Positions 55,202 through 64,000 of a stretch of 64,000 nucleotides of DNA are shown here, one piece after another. Numbering within the stretch: the first letter of the stretch is position 1; the number at the start of each line of letters is the position of its first letter. The notes under the pieces were generated by a model. The model ran no database searches. It was not told the origin of the DNA and saw only the letters and a list, made by a program, of their open reading frames with translations. A program made the position numbers and the translations under genes. The stretch is from positions 170,887 to 234,886 of IMG/VR virus record IMGVR_UViG_3300025536_000010, one strand, 5' to 3'.

Positions 55202-56515
55202 ATGGTCAGGAAGAAAGTCAAGCAGCGTGAGGCAGCAGCCAAATCCAAGACCGTCAAGAAACGAGTCACCACGGCCGACCTGAGCAAGGCCCTCAAGGTC
55301 AAACCACTCCGAGCGGGCAGCCCGGCCTCGAAACTCGTCGATCCCGCGGACGGCCTGCCGCAAACGCCGATCCTGTCTTCGCGGGCGATGGGTATCGACG
55401 TCAACGACTATCAGATGCTGCCCCAGGCCGTACCGGACAACCTGTCGCCTGAGCAGCGGGCAATCAAGGAAGCTGGCAAGCTCGCTGACGACCTGCTCAA
55501 GCGCGAGGAATGGTCGCACGTTTTCCAGGCCATGAAGACGCTGCGCCAGGGCTACGCCGTGGTCTACCGCTGCCTGCAAGATCTCTGCGCCAAGCTGCAC
55601 GAAGACTTCGAGAAGCGTGGCGTGGAGATGCCTCTGGTGGAGGACTTCCTGATCCAGTACGCCATGTACGAGTCCTCCAAGCCGTTCACGGAACACCAGT
55701 GGATGGACAACGTCATCAACTCCTTCCTGCCCTGGCTGGCAACCGTGCTCGACGAACACACGGCTGCCGACGAGAAAGAGGCACAGGACCAACGCATCAA
55801 GGAGAACGAGGAGCGGCAGACGCGCCCAGTGCCCATCGGTTTCAAGCACACGCCAGAGCTTGAAGCTGCCATGCTGGAGCGGGACCGTAGCCTGGTCCTG
55901 GTCGGCTGGAAGCCGGCTATCTTGTGGTTGCTGGACCAGGTCTGCTCGCACGCCCTCCTCAGTAAGGACGAGCAGGTTTACCAGGTGGTGCGGTTCATGG
56001 ATAGCGCACCCAAGGGCAAAGACCAGCATTCTCGTCTCATCCGCCTGGGTGGTAACGCCTGGCGCGGTTGTGCCGACTCGGACAAGAAGCTGGCGATGTG
56101 TATGGGCAGCTATGTCGCCGACCGCATTTCCGCCCAGCCCGATCTGTTCATCGTCGACCATCTGCCCAGCGCCTATACGGCTGGCTTCGTCGGCAGGCCC
56201 GAAGCAGCCAGGGCGGGCGACGCCCACCGCCGGTTTCACAAATGGTGCGAGAAGGCTGCCTGTGCTTTCCTCGGCTGTGTTTGCGTTCCCGAACGCGGCA
56301 CGCCCGACATCACCGACCCGGCGTTTGAGCAACTTCGCACCTTCGCTACTTTGCGTCCGGTCATCGTGCAGGACGAAGCGGAGGATCTGGAACCCAACAA
56401 GTACCGAATCATCATTGGGCACGCGGCAACTGTGCTCGATGTCGAGAAGGACGTGATCGAGTCCTACGGGCGGACCATATTGCTGCCCGCAGGCCGTAGT
56501 ACCATCGAAGGATAA
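55202..56515 (+). CDS. Hypothetical protein, possible degenerate DnaB/RecA-fold C-terminal domain
   Basis: SLVLVG with no GKT; PDLFIVDHL resembles Walker B. Confidence 0.6.
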   Translation: MVRKKVKQREAAAKSKTVKKRVTTADLSKALKVKPLRAGSPASKLVDPADGLPQTPILSSRAMGIDVNDYQMLPQAVPDNLSPEQRAIKEAGKLADDLLKREEWSHVFQAMKTLRQGYAVVYRCLQDLCAKLHEDFEKRGVEMPLVEDFLIQYAMYESSKPFTEHQWMDNVINSFLPWLATVLDEHTAADEKEAQDQRIKENEERQTRPVPIGFKHTPELEAAMLERDRSLVLVGWKPAILWLLDQVCSHALLSKDEQVYQVVRFMDSAPKGKDQHSRLIRLGGNAWRGCADSDKKLAMCMGSYVADRISAQPDLFIVDHLPSAYTAGFVGRPEAARAGDAHRRFHKWCEKAACAFLGCVCVPERGTPDITDPAFEQLRTFATLRPVIVQDEAEDLEPNKYRIIIGHAATVLDVEKDVIESYGRTILLPAGRSTIEG

Positions 56516-56517
56516 CC

Positions 56518-57186
56518 ATGACAGCAAAAATCTTTGTCGGCTTTCGTACGCGGCCGGTGGAGGACTTCAAGGAATTCATGCCGAAGTTCTCCGCCTCCCG
56601 CGTTTTGACGGACCCCAAGAAAATCGAGGCCGACATCCAGGCCAAGGCCGAGATGTTCGTTTCGACCTGCAAGGACGCGCCGTACACCGGGACGTTCGAC
56701 GAGGTCTTCCTGGTGGACCGCCGGAAGAAGAAAGTGCTCCAGTGGCTCTACCCGCCCAAGGACAGTGACAAGCCGCGCATCTGCGTCAGCGTCCGTAACT
56801 ACCTGCTCAAGGCGTACCCGACCGCCTGGGACTGGGATACGCACGGTAAGAGGCCGGAGGTCGTCTTCCTCGGGTTCAACCCGAGATTGTTTTTGAAGAT
56901 GCTCGGCCTGGAGTGTTCTCTGCCGGGCGTTGGTAAACCCTTGCCGCCGAAACTGTGGTACAGTAACTCGGACCACAGAGACATCGAGGAGGCGGTGCTG
57001 CCCAAGGACTTCGAGAAAGTCTTGACCCTGGACACCGTCATCAAGCGCCGCCGCCCGCTTGATCCCGAGGCGGCCAAGAAGTGGGACGAACACGTCAAGG
57101 ACTGGCCCGGCCCCGGGCAAGTTCCCAGGAAGGACGTCGAGATCGCCATCGAACTTGCTGCGCAGTTAGGGTTCCTGTCGGAGTAG
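56518..57186 (+). CDS. Degenerate 3'-5' exonuclease-like protein
   Basis: IFVGFRT in place of DIET; DPKKI...P.TG; FLGFN; terminal KDV. Confidence 0.5.
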   Translation: MTAKIFVGFRTRPVEDFKEFMPKFSASRVLTDPKKIEADIQAKAEMFVSTCKDAPYTGTFDEVFLVDRRKKKVLQWLYPPKDSDKPRICVSVRNYLLKAYPTAWDWDTHGKRPEVVFLGFNPRLFLKMLGLECSLPGVGKPLPPKLWYSNSDHRDIEEAVLPKDFEKVLTLDTVIKRRRPLDPEAAKKWDEHVKDWPGPGQVPRKDVEIAIELAAQLGFLSE

Positions 57187-57211
57187 TAGCGACGCAGGCA
57201 CGGAGGCCGCG

Positions 57212-57979
57212 ATGCACGAGAAGTACAAGCAACCGCAGGGGGATGGCTGTTTCACCGCCCACGGCCCGTCCGTGGACAGCAAAGGGCTGCTCAAAAAGTA
57301 TCCCTTGCGCTTGGGGGCAGCAGCGGCGCTGGGCGACGTACTGGACGAGTACGTCTTTTTCACGCCTGCGTCGTTGTACCTGCACGGTTACTTCTGCGAC
57401 GCCCCGCTTATCGACTTCGTATGGGAGATGGGCGGTGACGTGCGCTTGTACCATCGTCGGTTTAACCGGCCGATTTTCCGCGGTCTGGAGACGCGCGACG
57501 GTGACAAAGACTGGAACCATGTCCTGTGGGCGATCAAGCGCGAGTTCTGGGCTAACTTCAACGATTTCCTCATCAGCACGGTGCTGTCGTTCCGCGAGGC
57601 TACGCCGCCGCACCTGTCGATGTTTGCCGAGCAAGAGGTTACGATTCTGGACCCGCTGGCCGTCGACCGGACGGTACTCTACCGGGCCGACTTGCCCATG
57701 CTGGTTGTGTCGGCCTTCTGCGTGAACGGTAGTTTGGGGCGGACCAGCTTCGTGGAGGGCAAGAGCGCCCTGATGGACCCGCCGCAGCTGGCACAGTGGC
57801 CAGCAGACGGTGAAGTGTTGGCCTACGCCGACGCGCTGTTCCGCGGCAAGGGTAACCCGGTGAACGCGAGACTCAACTACCGCAACGCACAGGAGGCTAA
57901 GGCCAGGTATGCTAATGAAACTGGAACTGGGCCGCGACTGCGCCCTGGAGATTCACGAGAACAAAGAAGGCGAAACTGA
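57212..57979 (+). CDS. Hypothetical protein
   Basis: GGAGG RBS. Confidence 0.65.
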   Translation: MHEKYKQPQGDGCFTAHGPSVDSKGLLKKYPLRLGAAAALGDVLDEYVFFTPASLYLHGYFCDAPLIDFVWEMGGDVRLYHRRFNRPIFRGLETRDGDKDWNHVLWAIKREFWANFNDFLISTVLSFREATPPHLSMFAEQEVTILDPLAVDRTVLYRADLPMLVVSAFCVNGSLGRTSFVEGKSALMDPPQLAQWPADGEVLAYADALFRGKGNPVNARLNYRNAQEAKARYANETGTGPRLRPGDSREQRRRN

Positions 57980-58244
57980 GGCCATGACTTTCCTGCCGGA
58001 GTTTACCACTCCCAAGGGGCAGCTGGTCCTGGGTTACTGCACGGTGTACAACGATGACGGCACCAAGCTGGACTCGTTCGAGCTTGTGGCGTCGGGGGCG
58101 ACCGGCAAGGTCACCAAAAGAACTCGGTCGAAGCCCGCCAAGGCGTGGGTCGACATGACCGAGGACGAGCGCAAGGCCAAATCCGAGGACGAGCACAAAG
58201 TCAAATCCAAGGACGAGGCCGAAGACGAGGAAGACGATTCATGA
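57909..58244 (+). CDS. Hypothetical protein
   Basis: Codon bias; ATGA overlap with the next gene. Confidence 0.6.
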   Translation: MLMKLELGRDCALEIHENKEGETEAMTFLPEFTTPKGQLVLGYCTVYNDDGTKLDSFELVASGATGKVTKRTRSKPAKAWVDMTEDERKAKSEDEHKVKSKDEAEDEEDDS

Positions 58245-58918
58245 GCAAAAACAAGGCTGAGGACAAGCAGGCGCAGGCTTGGGAGTTCTGGCAGGCATCG
58301 TTAAGCCCCGCAGCGCGAAAGGCGCTGGACGAGCCCGAACCACCTGCCCTGCCGGTAAGCTCGCCCGCGGCCAGCGCGGACGACGAGGAAGACGCTTACG
58401 CCGAACTCTGCGAGCGGCTCAGCGTCCAGGCCCGCGAAGCCCTCGATCAGGCCGAGCCGGCAGCACCGTCATCGCCCGACACCATCGAGCGCCCGGACCA
58501 GCTGCTGGCCCGTCCGTGCCTGGTCGAGAGCCCAAACGGCGATTGGGCCACGCTGCGCGTGTTCAAGACGATGGAGGGCTTGGCCAGGCGCATCGGCGAC
58601 CTGGAAGGTTCCGACACGGTTGTTTGGGCCGTGTTCGGTGTGCCCATGCGGCTGACCAAAGGCCCGCAGCGGTATTTGCTGCTACCGGACGGCGAAAATG
58701 CGATAATGGTTCCCATGTACTCCGGTGGTCCGGTCAAAAAAGTCGAGGCCAGCCTGCTCGAAGGGTTGGAGATGCAGGAGGACGGATTCATCGGCCCGTA
58801 TGAGCTAGCGAACACGAAAGTCGTCTCTGCCAAACTGGAGAACCAGCAGCCGGCCCCTGCCAAGGGCAAGGAGAGCAGTGACGACGATGATGACGATGAC
58901 GATGATGACGACAACTAA
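58241..58918 (+). CDS. Hypothetical protein with poly-Asp tail
   Basis: ATG 58241 coupled to the previous stop. Confidence 0.65.
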   Translation: MSKNKAEDKQAQAWEFWQASLSPAARKALDEPEPPALPVSSPAASADDEEDAYAELCERLSVQAREALDQAEPAAPSSPDTIERPDQLLARPCLVESPNGDWATLRVFKTMEGLARRIGDLEGSDTVVWAVFGVPMRLTKGPQRYLLLPDGENAIMVPMYSGGPVKKVEASLLEGLEMQEDGFIGPYELANTKVVSAKLENQQPAPAKGKESSDDDDDDDDDDDN

Positions 58919-58989
58919 AAAACGTCGGCATTTGAGTCACAATATATGACGGGCGGCCCGTTAGACTACGGGTCCGCCCGCTCATCGTT

Positions 58990-59028
58990 ACACCAGGAAC
59001 GCCTGCGGTGGGTGTCCTGGTGTTTTTT
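58990..59028 (+). terminator. Rho-independent terminator preceded by a second long hairpin
   Basis: ACACCAGG...CCTGGTGT-TTTTT. Confidence 0.75.
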
Positions 59029-59064
59029 CTGTCCGGTGTGCTGTATCGAAAGGAGCTATGCGCT

Positions 59065-61086
59065 ATGACCACAACCAAGACTGGCAAGCTCGACTTCAAC
59101 GCCTTGGGCACGAGCCCCGAACATCAAACCTGGAAGAAGCATCGTGAACTTCTCCTCAACGTGAGCGGCGACGCTGCGGGGTTCCGTGGCTGCATCGCCC
59201 TCGGCTTGCTCGTGCGGCGTGTCGTCGGTGAGGCCATGCTGTGGGGGAACAAGAAGTTCCTGCACAACGCGGATGTCGACTGGCTGAGCATCACCGACAT
59301 CCCCAGCGGGTTCTTCAAGATGCTGCGGCGTCGCCGCGAGGTCCACTGGGCGACTCGCCGGCAGGCGACCACACGCTTCGGCATGCCGGTTCTCAGTTTC
59401 GGCTCCGAAGGCAGCGCCGCCTGGGATTTCCGCAGCATGCCTTTCGACAGCGCCACGTTGTCGGACACGGTCGAGGGCGTGGACGTCCAGATCAACCACA
59501 GCCCCGACGTCCTCAGCCCGTCCGAGCATCCGCAACTCTTCCGCGCCTTGAACGCGCTCGAATGGGCCGCCACGTCCACAGCGTTCAGCTACCGGGGCAC
59601 CTGGCAGGCTGAGAAGGAGCACCTGTTCCAGACCCTTGGCAAGAAACTCTCCAACCCCGAGGACCGCTTGGTGGTCTTCGGGAACAACATCCTGATGAAC
59701 CATGTCGAGCGGCCCGACGTTTGGATGCCGAAGGCGTACCTGGGCTTCCCGCTCCAGCTGGCCGGCAAGCTCTACGATCGCGCCACGCGCCCGCTGGCCG
59801 GTGGCCCGCCGTACTTCTCCGACGATCTGCGTCGGTTGGCGGTCAAGACTATCAACGATCCCTACGTTGCCCCGTACGCGGGCCAGGTGGTGAAGATCGT
59901 CCGTGAGGTCTATCACGGGTTGCCGGCGGTTGCGCTCCACCTGGTCCTCAGCAACAACAAGAAGTACACACACGTCATTCGCTTCGGCCAGCAGGCGAAG
60001 ATCTTTCGCCAGCAGGGTGCGTATTTCAAAGCTGGTGAAGCGCTCGGGCAGGAGAACTTCATCCTGACGCCCGACTGGGAAAGCAAGAGTCCCTACACTC
60101 GCTGGGACAAGTGGCTGCCGCGCCTGCTCAGTCCGCACTTCGATGCCGGCATCAGGGTCTGGTTCGAGCGGCAGCTGGTTCAGTTCACGCCGGGCGTGAT
60201 CCACGCGCCTTCGGCCATCGCGGCGGTGGCGGCGCTGGGGAACGCCCTGGACGAGTCGCATCTGCTCTGGGACGTGTCGCCCAGCGAGCGCTACTTCAAC
60301 GCGACGTGTGACACCTACGTTTTCCCGACGATTCAGATCATGCGGTGGGACGACTTCCGGGGCACCTTGCCCGGCGGCGTCGCCTATGATCTGAACCCGG
60401 CCGATCCGCGGTTTCTCACGGTCGAAGAAGCCAGGCGGTTGCGTGCCGAGGCCAGGGTGCGCAAGCAGGAGGAGGACAGGATTCGTCAGGAGGAGGAGCG
60501 GGCACGCAGGGAGGAAGAGGAGGCGTGTCAGGCCATCCAGGACATGCGCGATCCGATTGCGGCTGAGGCTCGGCGGCAGCGCGAGGACGCGCTCAAGCTG
60601 GTGCGCCGGGATCAGAGTGAAGAAGAGGCGCGCCTGGCCGTGATTGCCGTTCAGAACGACCCGGTGGCGGTCGAGGCTGCGCGGCAGGCGGCGATGGCTC
60701 GGAAGCTGGTCAAGCTGGAGCCGGTCGAAGAGGAAGCGCGCCTGGCTGTGGCTGCCTGCCAGAACGACCCGGTGGCGGTCGAGGCTGCGCGGCAGGCGGC
60801 GATGGCCAGGGAGATGGTCAAGCGGGAGCCGGTCGAGGAGGTCGATACGGCGGACCTGCCGCTGGCTGGCACTGTCACCCGCGTCGGCGTTCACCGCGAC
60901 TGGTTCGACATGCGTGAGGCGGATGGTGTCCGGGTCCGGTTCACCATGAATGGTTTCACGTCGGTCTACGGGCCGCGCGGCGGTGTCAGCAGGAAGGGCG
61001 TTCATGATGAGCGTCTCGCCAGGGGCGCCGAGGTCAGCGTGATCTGCGGTGCCGACGAGAAGGCTCTTGAGGTCTATATTAAGTAA
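59065..61086 (+). CDS. Large hypothetical protein with internal 36-aa repeats
   Basis: AAGGAG RBS; about 673 aa. Confidence 0.75.
   Translation: MTTTKTGKLDFNALGTSPEHQTWKKHRELLLNVSGDAAGFRGCIALGLLVRRVVGEAMLWGNKKFLHNADVDWLSITDIPSGFFKMLRRRREVHWATRRQATTRFGMPVLSFGSEGSAAWDFRSMPFDSATLSDTVEGVDVQINHSPDVLSPSEHPQLFRALNALEWAATSTAFSYRGTWQAEKEHLFQTLGKKLSNPEDRLVVFGNNILMNHVERPDVWMPKAYLGFPLQLAGKLYDRATRPLAGGPPYFSDDLRRLAVKTINDPYVAPYAGQVVKIVREVYHGLPAVALHLVLSNNKKYTHVIRFGQQAKIFRQQGAYFKAGEALGQENFILTPDWESKSPYTRWDKWLPRLLSPHFDAGIRVWFERQLVQFTPGVIHAPSAIAAVAALGNALDESHLLWDVSPSERYFNATCDTYVFPTIQIMRWDDFRGTLPGGVAYDLNPADPRFLTVEEARRLRAEARVRKQEEDRIRQEEERARREEEEACQAIQDMRDPIAAEARRQREDALKLVRRDQSEEEARLAVIAVQNDPVAVEAARQAAMARKLVKLEPVEEEARLAVAACQNDPVAVEAARQAAMAREMVKREPVEEVDTADLPLAGTVTRVGVHRDWFDMREADGVRVRFTMNGFTSVYGPRGGVSRKGVHDERLARGAEVSVICGADEKALEVYIK
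60619..60840 (+). repeat. 108-bp coding tandem duplication (2 copies plus a degenerate upstream copy)
   Basis: EEEARLAV.A.QNDPVAVEAARQAAMAR..VK.EPV twice, starting at 60619 and 60727. Confidence 0.9.
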
Positions 61087-61104
61087 GCATTCCTTTCGGA
61101 GTCA

Positions 61105-61150
61105 GTGGTCCGGCGGCAGGAAGCCGCCGGCCCTGGCTTTCTTTTCTTTA
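61105..61150 (+). terminator. Rho-independent terminator
   Basis: CCGGCGGC/GCCGCCGG stem then a T-rich tract. Confidence 0.7.
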
Positions 61151-61240
61151 CCTATCGGCCTTCCGCCGCCTTACGCGGTGCGGTTAGAATACCGGCGTTG
61201 CTGATCGCTTGAACGGATGCACCGTGAGAAGGATCTCGCT

Positions 61241-62830
61241 ATGTCCAGGATGAGCCCAGGTTACGCTGCCTGGTGGGACGCTCCCAACACTGGTGGCGAC
61301 GACACCCCCGTTATTCGCCATGCCCCCGAAGACGGCAACTACCATCTGCCTGATTGGGACATGGTATCGAAGATGCGAGGCAGCCAGGTCGGTAAGTTCG
61401 CGGTTGTGCCGCGAGCACGCCGCGACGGCACCAGCACAGGTTTCGATGCTAGTGTTGCCGGGCCGGTCCACGTCGACCCTGACGCTCCAGACGGCGGCGT
61501 GATTTTCGACCCGACCTCCGTTGACCGGCGCACCATGAACCAGGCGGTCGCCACCAACTACTACCCTCATCAGGTCTTTTACAAGCTCGGCACGCCGGCC
61601 CCGCTCCTGGGGTACGGTCGCGGCCGTTTCTATGGTCACGAACAACAGTTCGTGGAGCCGCCCCGCGTGAACCCGCATCTGGGAGATCACGCTTATATCG
61701 TGCCCAAGGCGGCGGGGGATGGCGGACAACGCCTGACCGAAATCCCGACCATCGTGGGTAACGGGATGGCCCCCGCTCCGTACAACCCGCAGTTCCACGC
61801 TCAGGAGGAGCAACGAGTGAACCCTGCACCGCCGCTATCGTCTCTGCCGCCGATGGTCCACCAGCCTGTAGCCGGGCCTGCGGCTCAACCAGCGCCCATG
61901 CCAGCCCAGCCGCAGTACGCTCCTGCGGCTCCTGTGCCGCCCCAGCCGGTGCATCCCGGGCAGTATCAGCACCCCGGCAATCCCTACCAACAGCCCACGC
62001 AGCCCTACTACCCGCCCCCACCGCCGCCGGCCGATCCGGCCCTCATGGGTATGATGCACCAGTTGTTGGGCGGCATGACGGCTCTCCAGCAGCGCGTGGT
62101 GGCCGTGGAGCAGCGCGCTGCCGCTCCGCCGCAGCAGCCAGGCTACCCGCCGACAACCGGCGTGTCGGCGAACCCCATGCCGGTTGGTCCGCCGCCGGGT
62201 CTGGCAACCTTGCCCGTGGGCGCCGGCGGTCGTCCGCGCGGCGGCTACAACACCCAAAACGAGAACTTCGACGACGAAACCGCCAGGCCGATCCGCAAGC
62301 AGGTCATCCGCGACAAGCGCAGTCAGCGCATCATCGAAGAAGACCAGCAGGAAGAGGACGACGGCCAGCAGCAACAGCCGCAGCGCCCCGTGCGCCGGGC
62401 GCGGCCGAACAGCCTGGTGGAACACGATCAGGCCGAACGTCAGCAGACCGAGCGGCAGTACGAACGCTACCAGGAGCCTGGGGACGACCGCGTTATCACG
62501 GGCTTCGAGTCCCTGGAATTGCCGTTCGTCACCGGCCCCCTCGGCAACAAGGCCAAGCGGCGTGTCTTTCTGGAGATCCCTGGGGCTGGCAAGCACAGCG
62601 GGCACTTCCACGACATCATCGAGAGCGAACACTGCGTCGCTCTGGTCTACGACACGCGCTACGAGGACGGCACGCAGTATCTGCCGCCCGACATGGGCGA
62701 TACGCAACTCAAGCTGCACGTCCCCGATAAGAAGATCACCTACACGGTGAGCAGCATGGGGTTCCACTACTCGTTCGGCGTGTTCGACCAAATCGTTCTG
62801 GTCAAGCATGGCGTCGAGCCGTTAAACTAG
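61241..62830 (+). CDS. Pro/Gln-rich hypothetical protein with globular termini
   Basis: TAGAAT at 61185-61190 upstream; AAGGA RBS. Confidence 0.75.
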   Translation: MSRMSPGYAAWWDAPNTGGDDTPVIRHAPEDGNYHLPDWDMVSKMRGSQVGKFAVVPRARRDGTSTGFDASVAGPVHVDPDAPDGGVIFDPTSVDRRTMNQAVATNYYPHQVFYKLGTPAPLLGYGRGRFYGHEQQFVEPPRVNPHLGDHAYIVPKAAGDGGQRLTEIPTIVGNGMAPAPYNPQFHAQEEQRVNPAPPLSSLPPMVHQPVAGPAAQPAPMPAQPQYAPAAPVPPQPVHPGQYQHPGNPYQQPTQPYYPPPPPPADPALMGMMHQLLGGMTALQQRVVAVEQRAAAPPQQPGYPPTTGVSANPMPVGPPPGLATLPVGAGGRPRGGYNTQNENFDDETARPIRKQVIRDKRSQRIIEEDQQEEDDGQQQQPQRPVRRARPNSLVEHDQAERQQTERQYERYQEPGDDRVITGFESLELPFVTGPLGNKAKRRVFLEIPGAGKHSGHFHDIIESEHCVALVYDTRYEDGTQYLPPDMGDTQLKLHVPDKKITYTVSSMGFHYSFGVFDQIVLVKHGVEPLN

Positions 62831-62861
62831 ACCTATGGACTTCGCCCACAAGGAGAGCGGC

Positions 62862-63062
62862 ATGAGCATGGAAAAACGCGGCGTCACCGAGGATGATTCC
62901 CTGGTGACGGAGACGGTGGTGGCCGGCGGCATCACCCGCAAGGATATGCAGGAGGCCACGAAGGCCGCGCAGGACAAGGGTCACCAGTGCTGCGGCGGCA
63001 GCTGCGGCAGCGACCCTCTGAGCAAGCTGGCCGACGCTGTCAAGGATCAAAGCAAGAAGTAA
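62862..63062 (+). CDS. Small hypothetical protein upstream of the portal gene
   Basis: AAGGAG RBS; MSMEKRGV. Confidence 0.6.
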   Translation: MSMEKRGVTEDDSLVTETVVAGGITRKDMQEATKAAQDKGHQCCGGSCGSDPLSKLADAVKDQSKK

Positions 63063-63140
63063 CCTCCTTGGGAGCCGGGTAGCGCCTGCCCGGTTCTCTC
63101 ACATCCTTCCACGGACGACTTATCGACACGGAGGTCGGTC

Positions 63141-64000
63141 ATGAGCCAACTCGGGCTCCGCGGTCAGTTTTCCAGTTTCGGCGGGATGGGTGCCGGTACA
63201 AGCTACCCCAACCCATTCGACGACCTGGCTAGCCTGGCCATCCCGCAGAACTTCCGGTCGGCGCTCTACTGGTGCGAGTACGTCTTCTCGATGTTCGGGA
63301 CGTACCGCATGGCGATGGAGCGCATCATTTCTTACTTCCTCACCGACATCAGCATTCTCAACGCCAGCGAGGATGAGGAAGAGAAGTGGAAGTCGTTCCT
63401 GGGCGACATCGTCGACGCCAAGAGCGTGATCCAGAACAAGCTGCGGAATCGGATGTGCTACGGCAACAGCTTCTCTAGCGTGGTCGTACCGTTTCGCCGC
63501 TTCCTGTCCTGCCCCAAATGCGGCAACATGTTCCTGCTGCGCGAGGTCTACAACAACAAGGCCGCGTTCAACTTCCAGTGGCAAGAGCCGGAGTTTCACG
63601 CCAGCTGTCCGCACTGCAAAGTCGGCTCCGGCTATCGAGGTAAATGGAACGTCCGCGACGAGCAGGAAGACCTGGAGAAGAAACTCAAAATCAAGGTCTG
63701 GAACCCGCACGAGATCGAAATCCTCCACGATCCCTACACGGACGAGACGGCCTACCTCTGGCGCATACCCGAAGACTACAAGATGCAGGTCCGTAAGGGC
63801 CACCTGTTCCACCTGGAGCGCGCCCCCAAGGAGGTGTTGCAGGCGATCCATCACAACCAGTGGTATCGCTTCCACCCCGACGCTCTGTTCCACATGAAGG
63901 AGCCGACGCTCTCCGGTATCATCTGTCGCGGCTGGGGCTTGCCGCGCATCCTCAGCAACTTCCGCCAGATCTGGTATGTCCAGGTGCTGCGGCGCTTCAA
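63141..64000 (+). CDS. Probable portal protein, 5' part (runs off the right edge)
   Basis: GGAGG RBS; manual translation MSQLG..YPNPFDDL..WCEY..CYGNSF..CPKCG..CPHC..WNPHEI..FHMKEPTLSG..RGWGLP. YGN.F and FH.K....GWG.P resemble large-phage portals. Confidence 0.7.
   Translation, partial: MSQLGLRGQFSSFGGMGAGTSYPNPFDDLASLAIPQNFRSALYWCEYVFSMFGTYRMAMERIISYFLTDISILNASEDEEEKWKSFLGDIVDAKSVIQNKLRNRMCYGNSFSSVVVPFRRFLSCPKCGNMFLLREVYNNKAAFNFQWQEPEFHASCPHCKVGSGYRGKWNVRDEQEDLEKKLKIKVWNPHEIEILHDPYTDETAYLWRIPEDYKMQVRKGHLFHLERAPKEVLQAIHHNQWYRFHPDALFHMKEPTLSGIICRGWGLPRILSNFRQIWYVQVLRRF

Noticed and set aside
20976-61005. Long minus-strand ORFs (20976-22691, 31027-32319, 36817-38313, 54146-56527, 59056-61005)
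   Set aside because: Antisense shadows of GC-rich plus-strand genes; no motifs or RBS of their own.
1-64000. tRNA/rRNA genes, integrase, reverse transcriptase or stop-codon reassignment
   Set aside because: No cloverleaf or T-loop pattern or relevant protein motifs seen; genes are intact in the standard code and end in all three stop codons.

Overview
The window is part of a large, GC-rich tailed dsDNA phage genome (or a large prophage). It runs from the 5' half of a terminase large subunit gene carrying a mini-intein (minus strand, left edge) to the 5' half of a probable portal gene (right edge). Everything in between is densely packed on the plus strand. It includes a replication/recombination set (SbcD/SbcC, SF2 helicase, DnaB-like helicase, primase, UDG-domain-fused family A polymerase, probable SSB with a very long acidic tail, RecA, ATP-dependent ligase, RuvC-like resolvase, DEDDh exonuclease, RNase H) and nucleotide metabolism genes (dcd, thyX, dNMP kinase). 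Accessory genes include a split HldE-like heptose kinase plus nucleotidyltransferase, a glycosyltransferase, a 2OG-Fe(II) oxygenase, a DNA methyltransferase, a stand-alone RNAP alpha-CTD, a GNAT, a ParB-like protein and two free-standing endonucleases. One protein carries a motif I associate with Gemmataceae, which suggests a planctomycete host. The best candidate for a new system is at 23111-26373: an apparently inactivated IS110/Nop-like protein, a stand-alone RAMP (Cas7-like) protein, a structured intergenic segment and an SF2 helicase, with no CRISPR array in the window. A dispersed 17-bp quasi-palindrome recurs at least 8 times, twice inside genes. All assignments come from motif recognition by eye; no searches were run.
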